A DNA stretch of 64,000 bases from Muribaculaceae bacterium (GCA_017651515.1 JAGCCU010000034.1:10049-74048); one strand, 5' to 3'; positions 41,453 to 51,860 are shown, numbered from the stretch's first letter. A program made the numbers and translations. Notes: a model not told the origin generated them from the letters alone.

Positions 41453-44400
41453 ATGAGCAATATACTTTCATATAGCAATAAGACGGCTCGCACTGGCGAG
41501 GAGGATTGGATTGCCGTAGAGCCTTACACCGACGACGACATCCAGCGCATTAAGGATCCTGACGGTGGTCTGTCACGCAACCCACGCACTGCCATCCCCA
41601 GTCCGTTTGCGCAACTCGACCTTGTGAAGAACGCTTTCACTGCCTTGAGCAACCCATATCTGCGTGGTGCAGCAATGAACGAGCGACTGGTTTCGAACGC
41701 CCTCGACGTTGCCCAGCTGCTGTTCGACTTCGAGAACCACAAGGACTACCTGCGGCTCGTGCGCTGGAACCGTGACGAGCAGTTGGCACAGCTCAAGGCT
41801 GCTAACCAGCACCGCCTCTATGGTGAGACACTGGAACTGTTCCTCACGTCCGACAAGGTGTATAACTTCGACGATATGCACGACTGGTACATCCTGTTGT
41901 GGGGCAGCCAAGTTGTGGGCGGCACATCACCCGCATCGCTGGTTATGGCTGCTCCCGTGAGCGCACCCATCGAGGCCATAAAGGTTGAGCAGGGCGTGGC
42001 ACTGTTTTCTACCGACCGCCCTTTGTGGCAACGTGACGAGGAGTTTGTCTATTATATGTATCTGCTGTTCAATGCCTACCCCGTGCTACGCGAGAAAGTA
42101 GGAATGGTATATAGCTACATGATGCACAATCTGGAATATATCAGGCGCGAGCGTCCTGCATTATATCAGCGCATCGTGCAGGTCATTCCCAACCCATCGG
42201 CACTTGATCGCGAACGCGCCGCAACAGTGCTTGAGACACTGGAACAGAACTACGACCGTTTCAACGGTGCTGCAGATGTGAGCGTACTCGGAGCACGCTT
42301 CTATCACAAACGCGTGACCGACATCCGCACCAGTGCCAGCGAGAGTGACTTCGTAATCCAGCCAACAATGCCACAACAGCCCGGCAAGGTAATGCCTCTG
42401 GTGCTTCGTACTGGTTTCAACGGAAGTGTGGAGCATTATCGTTATATAGACAAGGAATGGGACAGCGCTACCGAAGTGCTTGCCGGTACCACGCCAATGG
42501 ACCAACGCAAGCTGCCCGACACCAGTATTCAGTATCCATTCCTCACTACCGCCGACCTGCTTACTGAAAGCATCATCCGCGTGAGCAATGCCATCGATCG
42601 CAACCATTTCTTCGACGGCAATCTCAAGTGTAAGGATCTGGAACCAACTCGTGGTTATCTGTTGCCACTAAAGCCGGAATTCTTCCGTTGGTTCACGGCC
42701 GAAGACTTGAAGCACAACATCTGTGGCCGAAACATGCTCGACATAGAGGAAAATGCCGACGGCAGTGTGCTTGTGACACTCCGCATCCCTGTCAAGAAAC
42801 GTTACATAGAACTTACCCGCCGCTATTTCGCCATCAGCGACCACACTTGGACCTTTGACGAACGCCGCGGCACCGGACGCATAGTCGATACCATCATCAG
42901 CACCGCCGTGTTCCCATTTGTGCGCACAGGCAACAATGATGACTACACCGTACAACTGTTCAGTATGATTGCCGATGGCAAGGCCGCACTACGATTCCTG
43001 CGTGACGGTGGCGACACATCCACCATTCAGGTTACCAGTAAACGCCGCGCCAACACAGTCTATACAACTGAATATTACGACGTGAACGGAACCTGGGATT
43101 ATGCCGAGGCAACCATACACACCGATCTGGGAACCTTCGCCGGCATCATCCTGCCAATGTGGAAGAAATACGCTCCCTCGGCACGCGAACTGATATTTGC
43201 TGTAGACTTCGGAACTACCAACACTCATGTTGAATGGGGAGAGCGAGGACAAACCAGTGAACCGTTAACCTTTACAAGCGGCAGCGAACAAGTGCTGGTG
43301 GCATCTCTGCTTAAGGCCGGTGGACTCGACATAGCCGAACAGTTGCAGCGCATCGAGTTCCTGCCACCAAACATCGACAACGTATATGGATTCCCATTGC
43401 GCTCGGCTCTTGCCAACAATGAAGGCAGTGACGGCGGAAAGCGTCTATTCCACGACGTGAACATCCCGTTCCTATATGAACGCAAGTTCTTCGATGGTTA
43501 CGATGTGACAACTGGCCTAAAATGGATGGGCGACACCACGCTTGCCAAGGAATTCTTACGCGAACTCACATTGCTCATCAAGGCTAAGGCTCTCATCGAA
43601 AACGTAGATATGCGCAACGTGCACATTGTCTATTTCTACCCCGTGAGCATGGGTGGCAGCGACCGCCGCAAACTCCAAGACACCTGGGAGGAACTCTATC
43701 GCACCTATATAGGCAGTGACCCCTCCGACCGACTGCAAGCCTATCCTGAAAGCGTGGCTCCAGCCTACTTCTACAAGAGTGCCGACGTTACCGGCAGCAG
43801 CTATGTTTCCATCGACATTGGAGGTGGCACCAGCGACACGGTTATTTATCAGCCCTCGGCCGATGGCATGCGTAGTGAACCAGTTGCAATTTCATCGTTC
43901 CGCTTTGCCGGCAACGCCATTTTCGGTGATGCCTTCGGCGAGCGTGATGCTGACAACAACCCACTGTTGCAGCATTATACCCGCTACTTCCAACAAATCA
44001 TAGAAAATGACCGATCCACAGGCATTTCCTATCTCACCAGTATAATGCAGGATATCATGCGCGGCAAACGCAGCGAGGATATCAATGCGTTCCTTTTCTC
44101 GATAGAAAATGTAGAGGAACTACGCGACTTGCGCGAGATAGACCGTAACTTGTACAGCTACAACGTACTGCTGCGCAACGACTCACAGCGCAAATTGGTG
44201 TTCATATACTTCTATGCTGCCATCATCTACTACATTGCCAAGGCTATGCATGCTCGCGACTTCGTCATGCCAAAGCAGATTTACTTTAGCGGCACTGGCT
44301 CGAAGATTCTCAACATCCTCGGCTCACACAGTCAAGTGGTGGAACTCACGCAGAACATCATCGAACGCGTATACGGCAAGACCTATACAGAGCGTTTCGA

Positions 44401-44893
44401 GATTAAAATTGAAACTGAATGCCCGAAACAGATTACATGTCGCGGTGGCATCAAACTGGAGAATCAACGTCTTGACGGCCGTGCCGACACCAGCATCTAC
44501 ACCGCACGCAATGTCAATGCGTTGAAGTACTGCTACTCGATGCTCGGACCAGACCAACTCACTTACGGTGACATGAACGATGCTCAGAAACGAGAAACTC
44601 TGGTGGAAAGAGTCAGTCAGTTCAATCAATTCTTCATTAATCTGTGCGACAAAGTGATGAAAGACGAATTCGGTATAGACAACACTGTGTTCCAATTGTT
44701 CACAAGCGTACTTAATGATGATATTGCCAACTATCTCACGGCCGGAATCAATGCGTTCCTGCTAGGACGTTATGAGGCTGCTGACGTGGTAGAAGATGTG
44801 CCATTCTTCTATCCTGTGATTGGCGTAATTCGATACAACCTGCTCAAAAACCTCACTAACGATGTGATAAGCCGTTATCGCGCTAACAAATAA
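41453..44893 (+). CDS. Large protein with C-terminal actin/Hsp70-fold ATPase domain (SrfB/FtsA-like)
   Basis: Phosphate-1 FAVDFGTTNTH, PESVAP connect motif, phosphate-2 VSIDIGGGTSD, SFRFAGN, adenosine YFSGTGSK; N-terminal IPSPFA motif. Confidence 0.82.
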   Translation: MSNILSYSNKTARTGEEDWIAVEPYTDDDIQRIKDPDGGLSRNPRTAIPSPFAQLDLVKNAFTALSNPYLRGAAMNERLVSNALDVAQLLFDFENHKDYLRLVRWNRDEQLAQLKAANQHRLYGETLELFLTSDKVYNFDDMHDWYILLWGSQVVGGTSPASLVMAAPVSAPIEAIKVEQGVALFSTDRPLWQRDEEFVYYMYLLFNAYPVLREKVGMVYSYMMHNLEYIRRERPALYQRIVQVIPNPSALDRERAATVLETLEQNYDRFNGAADVSVLGARFYHKRVTDIRTSASESDFVIQPTMPQQPGKVMPLVLRTGFNGSVEHYRYIDKEWDSATEVLAGTTPMDQRKLPDTSIQYPFLTTADLLTESIIRVSNAIDRNHFFDGNLKCKDLEPTRGYLLPLKPEFFRWFTAEDLKHNICGRNMLDIEENADGSVLVTLRIPVKKRYIELTRRYFAISDHTWTFDERRGTGRIVDTIISTAVFPFVRTGNNDDYTVQLFSMIADGKAALRFLRDGGDTSTIQVTSKRRANTVYTTEYYDVNGTWDYAEATIHTDLGTFAGIILPMWKKYAPSARELIFAVDFGTTNTHVEWGERGQTSEPLTFTSGSEQVLVASLLKAGGLDIAEQLQRIEFLPPNIDNVYGFPLRSALANNEGSDGGKRLFHDVNIPFLYERKFFDGYDVTTGLKWMGDTTLAKEFLRELTLLIKAKALIENVDMRNVHIVYFYPVSMGGSDRRKLQDTWEELYRTYIGSDPSDRLQAYPESVAPAYFYKSADVTGSSYVSIDIGGGTSDTVIYQPSADGMRSEPVAISSFRFAGNAIFGDAFGERDADNNPLLQHYTRYFQQIIENDRSTGISYLTSIMQDIMRGKRSEDINAFLFSIENVEELRDLREIDRNLYSYNVLLRNDSQRKLVFIYFYAAIIYYIAKAMHARDFVMPKQIYFSGTGSKILNILGSHSQVVELTQNIIERVYGKTYTERFEIKIETECPKQITCRGGIKLENQRLDGRADTSIYTARNVNALKYCYSMLGPDQLTYGDMNDAQKRETLVERVSQFNQFFINLCDKVMKDEFGIDNTVFQLFTSVLNDDIANYLTAGINAFLLGRYEAADVVEDVPFFYPVIGVIRYNLLKNLTNDVISRYRANK

Positions 44894-44920
44894 TCTCTTT
44901 CACACTAAAAATTCAGTACA

Positions 44921-45721
44921 ATGAAACAGTTTGTTTTAACAGCTTTACTGACAGCTGCATTCCTAATGGCTAGTGCACAAGATTCAATAGAATGGGTGAG
45001 CGACACTATGTCAATAGCCGACTCTTTGGTCGTGGAAGATATTCCTAGTGAAACCATAACGGCCGAACCAGAGACCGTACCTGTGGCAGAAACACAACCA
45101 ACTAACCGTGGACTGGGATGGCTGGTATTTGCTTCAGCCCTTTCGGCTCTTCTTGCTCTGGGTGCAGGCGCAATGGCTTATTTAAACCGTCGTGAACTTA
45201 CTGAGTTCAAAGAGACTATGAGAGTAGAAATGGAGAACACCGACAAGAACATGCGCCAACTGGCGCAGGAGAGCGCACGCGAAGTCAACACTCTACGTGA
45301 TGCCCTGCGGGCACACCTCACACGAGTCAGTCCAGCAGATGCAGCTGTCCATGTATCCAAACGGCAAGATGTTCCATCAAACGAAGCAAATGAGCCTCGC
45401 GGGCCTCGCACCATCTATCTTGCCAAGCCTGATACAAAAGACTGTTTCACGCGAGCTACCAGTCAGTTTGAATTAGGAAATTCGCTATTTGCTCTTACTA
45501 CAACCGATGGTGTTCACGGCTCATTTATAGTTATTGATAATGCCGATGCGCAACGTTTTGCCCTCATGATGCCTACCGACAACCTTACTCGAGCCTGTAC
45601 CGGCAACGGAATCCAAGTATCTACAGGCAAAACCGGCATCATCACTGATGTTCCAGGCGAAGCCACCTATGACAACGGTGTGTGGCGTATAACACGCAAA
45701 GCCATCATACACTATGTGTAA
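44921..45721 (+). CDS. Signal peptide/TM/coiled-coil protein, probable last core gene of the tubulin-like operon
   Basis: Signal peptide, acidic linker, TM ~65-87, heptads, C-terminal domain ending PG.A......WRITRKA.I.YV. Confidence 0.72.
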   Translation: MKQFVLTALLTAAFLMASAQDSIEWVSDTMSIADSLVVEDIPSETITAEPETVPVAETQPTNRGLGWLVFASALSALLALGAGAMAYLNRRELTEFKETMRVEMENTDKNMRQLAQESAREVNTLRDALRAHLTRVSPADAAVHVSKRQDVPSNEANEPRGPRTIYLAKPDTKDCFTRATSQFELGNSLFALTTTDGVHGSFIVIDNADAQRFALMMPTDNLTRACTGNGIQVSTGKTGIITDVPGEATYDNGVWRITRKAIIHYV

Positions 45722-45774
45722 TTAGTTATCAGTATTTAGTTTAATTTACTGAAAAGCTGAGCTTATAACTCAAC

Positions 45775-46209
45775 ATGGACTGGATCTGCAAGAAATGTGG
45801 CAAAACGCTTGAGGTGTCAGAAGAACAGCTGTACGAGATGCAAGGCGTTGTAATCTGTCCGCAATGCTTGGGCAGTGACCTTGTGCCAGGGTATCGGCGC
45901 AAAAGCACCACAAAAACTGCAAACCAATCTTCAAGCAACAGCCGTGCAATTTCACGACAGCCCAGCACCACTTCCACCAAGCCGACACCACCAACATACC
46001 GCAAAAAGACAAATCAAGTGGAAAGAACATCAACTGCAACATCACCCAGAACTGCCGTAGCCACTCCTAAGAAGAAAAAGAAGAAACGGAAAAAACGTGG
46101 GGCACTTGCCCCTAACAGCTCTTGGGGATGCCTGTGGCGATCGGTGCTCTACACCTTGATTTTCCTCTTAATCATCACCATCATCGGACTTTCCCTAGAT
46201 CTCATCTAA
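45775..46209 (+). CDS. MJ0042-type zinc-ribbon protein with S/T/K-rich linker and C-terminal TM
   Basis: CKKC...CPQC, poly-K stretch, hydrophobic C-terminus. Confidence 0.72.
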   Translation: MDWICKKCGKTLEVSEEQLYEMQGVVICPQCLGSDLVPGYRRKSTTKTANQSSSNSRAISRQPSTTSTKPTPPTYRKKTNQVERTSTATSPRTAVATPKKKKKKRKKRGALAPNSSWGCLWRSVLYTLIFLLIITIIGLSLDLI

Positions 46210-46249
46210 AGACTAGAGTTTCAGAAAACGCTTTCTGATACTCTTATTG

Positions 46250-46287
46250 AAAAAACATCGACCGCCCTATCACAGGACGGTCGATGA
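46250..46287. terminator. Stem-loop between convergent genes
   Basis: A-tract then CATCGACCG...CGGTCGATG. Confidence 0.7.
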
Positions 46288-46321
46288 GATTTTAGTTATA
46301 CTCAACCTATAAATTTGCTTT

Positions 46322-47002
46322 TTATTTTCCGCTCATAGCATTAGCACGCTCAAGATACTTGTCAACATTGAACTGATAAGCCTGAGTGTATTGCATATAC
46401 TTGTTCTTAATCACTTCATAGATTGCAGCCTCGTCGGAATATTTCTTCTGAGCATGAAGCACAGTGGCTTTCTTAATCATAAAAGTAGGAGTGTAAAACT
46501 CATTGTCACCCGACAACTTAATTGCCTTGTCATAAGCTGCGATTGCCTTGTCGTATTGCTTCATGTTTACATAGCAATCACCAAGCAGAGATTGTGATGC
46601 AGGTGCAACCATGTTGCCTTCGCCTTCATATTTCTCAAGATAAGCAGCGGCTTCCTTGTTCTTGCCTTGCTGATACAGAATAATTGCAGCATTAAAAGCA
46701 GCACGTTCTGCGGGCTTGTTACTGTATGCATCAAAGACCTTTTCATATTCTTTCAGTGCGGTTACTGTATCACCTTGCATATATGCCATGTCAGCCTTTG
46801 CAATACCTTCTTTTGCTTTCTGCAAGTTGGGGTTGCGAACTCCATATATATATCCCAATGCAAGCAACACAATCACTGCGATAGCTCCAAGTGCATAGTA
46901 GATATATTTCTTGTTTGCCTCAATTCGTTGCGCCGCGGTAGACAGTGATTCGTTCACCTCTTCAAGTGTTGTGCGGGCCGAAACGTTCTTTTTCTTTGCC
47001 AT
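46322..47002 (-). CDS. Membrane-anchored TPR protein (YfgM-like)
   Basis: N-terminal TM followed by TPR helices (LLGDCY....Y.KAIAAY.KA). Confidence 0.85.
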   Translation of the reverse strand: MAKKKNVSARTTLEEVNESLSTAAQRIEANKKYIYYALGAIAVIVLLALGYIYGVRNPNLQKAKEGIAKADMAYMQGDTVTALKEYEKVFDAYSNKPAERAAFNAAIILYQQGKNKEAAAYLEKYEGEGNMVAPASQSLLGDCYVNMKQYDKAIAAYDKAIKLSGDNEFYTPTFMIKKATVLHAQKKYSDEAAIYEVIKNKYMQYTQAYQFNVDKYLERANAMSGK

Positions 47003-47197
47003 TGTCTTTCTATTGTGTTATAATTATTTACTTTTTCATTTTGACCTGCAAAGGTAATAGTATTTTGCCGAACGAAAAAACAAATATCGATTTTTTTTGA
47101 TTTTTGCCCGTTTTTCAAGCCAAAACGAGAACATGGAATAGAGTTAAATGGTAAAAATAAAGCGAGAAGTTCATTCTCGCCTTTTATGTCTAAAATC

Positions 47198-48145
47198 TTA
47201 TTTTAATAAGTCACTGGCCTCATCGAGCAAACCTTGAAGGAACGTATCCTTCGTTTTTTTACGCATCTCCTTGATGTTCTTGATGCATAGCTTTTTCTCG
47301 TTGGCCGACAAGTTGGCCTTGTTGGCTTTCTTGCAGAGTTTCAAGATGTTGGTCGCATAGGAAGCTGCAGTACTGCTATTGCGATCTACGGCGCGCAAAA
47401 ATGCGTTGCGATAGTGGTTGAACTGAGTGAGCCACTGTACGTCATCTGCCGTGCCTTCATCGTCCACTTCCATCTCTCCGGTAAGTATTCCCAGGTAGTC
47501 GCCTAAGTCTTTCAACCCTTCAAGATCTCCCAGCTTTTTAAGGTCGTCCTTGCCGATTACCTTGATGGTCTTGATAGCTTCGGGAAGTATTTCGCCCAAC
47601 TTGCTCAAGTCAAAGTCTTCAAGGTCACCAATGCGTCCCAACGATTTTTTGGCAGAAGGCCGCGTGCCATAGGTTGTAACAACACGACCATCGATTCTTC
47701 CGTCATTGTTTGCCCATTCTATGGCATATCCAGTGCGATAGTTGTCACGATCAGGATCAACGAAACAAATTACGCGATAGTTCATGTCATCATCATCACC
47801 TATGATCACCGACTCACCCTCGGTACCATAGGTTAATGCTGTGGTACGTCTATTGGGTGTGTCTGCATTTTCCATGAGCTGATAATAGGCTTTTTTCTGC
47901 TCGTTGTCAAAGGCTGTTAGCAAATCGTCAAGCAGGTATGACTGACTTTCGGGAATGTCAAGTTTATAGACTTCGCAACGGCCAGAGGTCAAACCCGTAG
48001 AATCCATCTCTTGGAGTGCTTTAGCCTGTCGTGCATAGCCGCTTTCGACAATGTTTCGGATTTGTCTATCAATGTTTGATTGAGCTTGTGCACTGGCGGT
48101 GGTCATCAATATGACAGCCATCAAAAATAGTTTTTTAAGTTTCAT
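47198..48145 (-). CDS. Secreted hypothetical protein (DUF5024-like) in the ECF operon
   Basis: Signal peptide; G.D...NY.V.CF.DP...YR.GYAIEW; helical C-terminus. Confidence 0.6.
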   Translation of the reverse strand: MKLKKLFLMAVILMTTASAQAQSNIDRQIRNIVESGYARQAKALQEMDSTGLTSGRCEVYKLDIPESQSYLLDDLLTAFDNEQKKAYYQLMENADTPNRRTTALTYGTEGESVIIGDDDDMNYRVICFVDPDRDNYRTGYAIEWANNDGRIDGRVVTTYGTRPSAKKSLGRIGDLEDFDLSKLGEILPEAIKTIKVIGKDDLKKLGDLEGLKDLGDYLGILTGEMEVDDEGTADDVQWLTQFNHYRNAFLRAVDRNSSTAASYATNILKLCKKANKANLSANEKKLCIKNIKEMRKKTKDTFLQGLLDEASDLLK

Positions 48146-48158
48146 GATGAGTAATATT

Positions 48159-48782
48159 TTATTGAATGTTTAATGAAGTCGTTATCCATCCACTGCGTGT
48201 CGTGGTTGTTGGTTGGATGTTGCGCAGTTCCTGTTCCAAAAGCAGGCGGTCGGCTATGTACTCTTGTTCGGCCTCTTCCAGTTCACCCTCGGTGTGGGCA
48301 ATCTCGGCACTGTCAGTATTTGCAACAACAGGCCTTGTCTTGGTATGACGTGCCTTGACACGAGGCTTGCTTTGAGCAAAGACGGGTGTCGCCTCTTTTA
48401 CCAACTGTGATTGCACGATGGTTACAGTCGTGTCGGCTGCAAGCGTTGGTTCCGAAATTGAATCTGCAACTGCAACTGGAGCTTCAGTGGTGACTGTCTC
48501 TTGCGATGGATTGAAAATTTTCAGTCCTATTAAGGTTGCTATCGCTATTACTGCTGCAGCGGCGCCACAGCGTAGCAGCCAGCCGTACCATGGGATGCGC
48601 TGCTTGGTTTCTTCAGGCTGTAGTGTGTCGATGTATTGAAACACCTTTTTATATTGCATCCATTCGGGAGGAATGTCATCATTGGCGAAAAACGATGTCA
48701 GTTCAGCCTCTTCGTCGAGCGTTGATTGCCCGTCAAAGAAACGCTGCAATAGTTTTTCAATATATGCATGGTCGGTGTTCAT
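48159..48782 (-). CDS. Probable anti-sigma factor
   Basis: LL.RFFDG.STLDEEAEL..FF, AAAAVI TM helix; directly after an ECF sigma gene. Confidence 0.78.
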   Translation of the reverse strand: MNTDHAYIEKLLQRFFDGQSTLDEEAELTSFFANDDIPPEWMQYKKVFQYIDTLQPEETKQRIPWYGWLLRCGAAAAVIAIATLIGLKIFNPSQETVTTEAPVAVADSISEPTLAADTTVTIVQSQLVKEATPVFAQSKPRVKARHTKTRPVVANTDSAEIAHTEGELEEAEQEYIADRLLLEQELRNIQPTTTTRSGWITTSLNIQ

Positions 48783-48783
48783 T

Positions 48784-49299
48784 TTATGCTTTGTTAAGTT
48801 CGTTCAACAACCATTTTCGTGCCCTCGACAGCAATGTCTTGGCCGAAGTTTCCTCAATACCGAGCAAACGCCCGATTTCCTTGTAGGAGCGATGTTCTGC
48901 CTGACGCATTACCAATACGGCATGTTGCCGTGGCGGTAGTTGGCGCAGCCGCTGTTTCAATCGCTCTACAGCCTCGCGTCCCATCAGTTGCTCGTCAGGA
49001 GTGGGAGCTGCGTCGATAATCAGACTCGATGCTTCGCTAAGCATTTCACCTTTAGGCTTACGATGCAGCGAGACAGTGAGGTTGCGTGCCATAATAGCCA
49101 CCAATGCCTCAATGCTATTATACTGCAACAAGTCCGAGCGCATCTGCCATAACTTGAGCATCGTATCCTGCGCCACATCTTCGGCTTCTGCTGCCGATGC
49201 ACCAAAGGCAAGGCTCATACTGATTGCCTTTTGGCGCCATTCGGTGGCATTTTGTATGAATAGATGCTCTATAGTCATGTGGTGTGCGTGCACTGGCAC
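48784..49299 (-). CDS. ECF RNA polymerase sigma factor
   Basis: AEDVAQDTMLKLW, ARN, LPPRQ.AV, SY.EIG.LLGI.E..AKTLLSRARK. Confidence 0.9.
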   Translation of the reverse strand: MPVHAHHMTIEHLFIQNATEWRQKAISMSLAFGASAAEAEDVAQDTMLKLWQMRSDLLQYNSIEALVAIMARNLTVSLHRKPKGEMLSEASSLIIDAAPTPDEQLMGREAVERLKQRLRQLPPRQHAVLVMRQAEHRSYKEIGRLLGIEETSAKTLLSRARKWLLNELNKA

Positions 49300-49500
49300 G
49301 CAAAAGTAATCAGTTTTTTCTTCTAAGACGCACTGCTGGTGAATTTGTAAACGGAAAAATCTGAAAATTAGTGTTTTTTAGCTTTATAACATCGTCTTGT
49401 ATAAATATATGAATGTTTCAGAACGGCAAAAGCATGATAAATGACAGTTTTTTTGTTTTGTCCCCAAATTTCACTAATTTTGCAACGAAAAATAAAGCTA

Positions 49501-50064
49501 ATGGAACTTCAATGTCCGCAATGCAATAAAACGATGCAGATTTCAGCCGAAGAGGTGGCTCTGCATGGGGGTGCTGTGGTATGCCCACAGTGCCTTGCAG
49601 TGTTCGATGCCAGCGGCAACGTTCCCGAGGGCACAGTTGCCGAACGCGTGACAGTACGCGTGGTTGAAGAGCATCTCACTTATGGGTATTGCACGCATTG
49701 TGGAAGCAAAATACCGCAGGGTGTTAATTTCTGTCCCTATTGCGGAAAATCGCTGAAAAGCCTTCCTGGCCAACAAAATGAGGCATCGCCTGAAATTGTC
49801 GAAACAAAGCCAGATATTGAAGATACCGTAACCCGACACATTGAGGAACCTGCAGACAAAACTAAAGTAGTCACACCCAAACCGGCGGCTCCACGAGCTT
49901 GGAATCCCATCCTGCCCAGTTACCGGTATGCAAAAAACAATATGAGTTGGCGCAGTGGCAATGCCAGAGCAGGCACCTGGTTCACCCTAGGCGCGCTTGT
50001 GGTTATAGCCGCACAACTGGCTTTGCTGGCTTATATAATTTATAAAGTCAGCCTGCTCAACTGA
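49501..50064 (+). CDS. Double zinc-ribbon protein with C-terminal TM
   Basis: CPQC...CPQC and YCTHCG...FCPYCG; start at ATG 49501 after the TAATTTTG promoter (49475-49482). Confidence 0.78.
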   Translation: MELQCPQCNKTMQISAEEVALHGGAVVCPQCLAVFDASGNVPEGTVAERVTVRVVEEHLTYGYCTHCGSKIPQGVNFCPYCGKSLKSLPGQQNEASPEIVETKPDIEDTVTRHIEEPADKTKVVTPKPAAPRAWNPILPSYRYAKNNMSWRSGNARAGTWFTLGALVVIAAQLALLAYIIYKVSLLN

Positions 50065-50113
50065 TTATAAATACTTTTAGAAAAACATAAACCATTAACA
50101 AAAACTTCTTTAA

Positions 50114-51196
50114 ATGAACAACAACAGATATTGTGTAATTATGTGTGGCGGTGTGGGCAGCCGATTCTGGCCCTATAGCCGTTCACGCATGCCAAAACAA
50201 TTCATCGATTTCTTCGGAACAGGACGCAGCTTGCTGCAAATGGCGGTTGACCGCGTCAATGGCATTATTCCCAATGAAAACATAATCATTATCACCAACG
50301 AGCTATATGCACCCATCATTGCCGAGCAACTGCCCCAACTACAATCGAAGCAGATTCTTATGGAACCTGCCAGGCGCAACACGGCTCCGTGCATAGCATG
50401 GGCTGCTTATCACATTCACGCCATCAATCCTGATGCACGCATCATGGTGGCACCGAGCGACCCGCTCATCCTACGCAATGACGAGTTCCAGCGCTGTGTC
50501 CTAAAGGCTTTCGACTTTATTGACGCTCACGATGCATTGCTTACTATGGGCATAAAACCAAGCCGTCCAGAGACTGGATATGGCTATATACAAATAGGAG
50601 AGCAAATGGGCGATGGCTTCTCGGCAGTGAAGACATTCACCGAAAAGCCTAACGAAGAACTCGCGCAGGTATTTCTCGAATCCGGTGAATTCTTCTGGAA
50701 TTCAGGCATGTTCTTCTGGCGTGCAGGAACAATCATCGAAACCATGCGACAGCAAGCCAACGACATTACTTCAATCTTTGATCAGGGACTAGATGTCTAT
50801 GGCACAGATAAAGAACAGGCTTTTATCGAAGCCAATTTCCCATCATGCCGCAATGTTTCAATTGACTTTGCCGTGATGGAACAGGCCTCCAACGTGTTTG
50901 TTGAATGCGTCGATTTCGGGTGGAGCGATCTCGGCACCTGGGGTGCCGTGTATGATAACTCGCCCAAGGTGAACGAGGATGGCAACGTCACGCAAGGCTG
51001 TAATGCTGTACTATACAATTGCCACAACAACATGATTGCCGTCAAGGGCGATAAGGTGATTGTGGCTTCGGGGCTCGATGACTACATCATTGCCGATGTG
51101 GAAGACGCACTGCTCATTGTGCCACGCGCCGAGGAACAGAAAATACGCAACTACGTGAACGAAGTGCGCACCCAGTTCGGCGAGGAATACCTGTAA
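50114..51196 (+). CDS. manC: Mannose-1-phosphate guanylyltransferase
   Basis: IMCGGVGSRFWPYSR..PKQF, EP.RRNTAPCI, PETGYGYI, FTEKP, WNSGMF, SIDFAVME, GWSDLG.W. Confidence 0.95.
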   Translation: MNNNRYCVIMCGGVGSRFWPYSRSRMPKQFIDFFGTGRSLLQMAVDRVNGIIPNENIIIITNELYAPIIAEQLPQLQSKQILMEPARRNTAPCIAWAAYHIHAINPDARIMVAPSDPLILRNDEFQRCVLKAFDFIDAHDALLTMGIKPSRPETGYGYIQIGEQMGDGFSAVKTFTEKPNEELAQVFLESGEFFWNSGMFFWRAGTIIETMRQQANDITSIFDQGLDVYGTDKEQAFIEANFPSCRNVSIDFAVMEQASNVFVECVDFGWSDLGTWGAVYDNSPKVNEDGNVTQGCNAVLYNCHNNMIAVKGDKVIVASGLDDYIIADVEDALLIVPRAEEQKIRNYVNEVRTQFGEEYL

Positions 51197-51339
51197 AAAT
51201 ACAGATTATTTACTTTTTATTTCTGACGTTATTTAAGCTGATTTATCATCTTAATACACACTCTTATAAAACAATATGCATAAATCAACTTTTATTATTT
51301 TTCTAATATCTCTATTAATTGCATTGTCTTTTATTATGA

Positions 51340-51855
51340 GTGCGCAGAGAGTCAGACCTCGCATTCCTTTTCAACCATTTGAAAGATCATTGGACTAAAG
51401 TTTATGAGCATACATTCGTAAACAACCAATTAGGACAGCTGCCTTTAGATCAAAAAAGCGGACAAACTGGTAATTTTAAGACAAGAATAACTGTCCAAGG
51501 TTATACAAACGGAAGCCTTTTAAAGATTAATGTGCTTACATCAGCAGATTATTTTGTTCCAGATGCTGAAAGCGCCGATGTTGTCATTAAGGCTACTCTA
51601 ACATTAGATACTAAACAGATTGAATTATATGCAAAACCACATTATCTGACTTACTACTCAACACCCAATAATTGTTTTAATGGCGAGTGTTTTTTTAAGC
51701 CTATATCAATGAAACAATTTCACAACATATCATTAGACATTTTATCCAGCTGGAGCGTAAAGGTTGCAGGGAGCTACATGCGTCCATATACCTTTGCTAC
51801 TCTCATGACTACACCAATGGCTAATCCAATAAACCGTGTCATTTTCAAAAAATAA
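51340..51855 (+). pseudogene. Orphan polymorphic-toxin C-terminal cassette 1
   Basis: Begins with the AFLFNHL junction motif shared with cassette 2; AT-rich; no credible start or delivery domain. Confidence 0.65.
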
Positions 51856-51860
51856 TAGCC

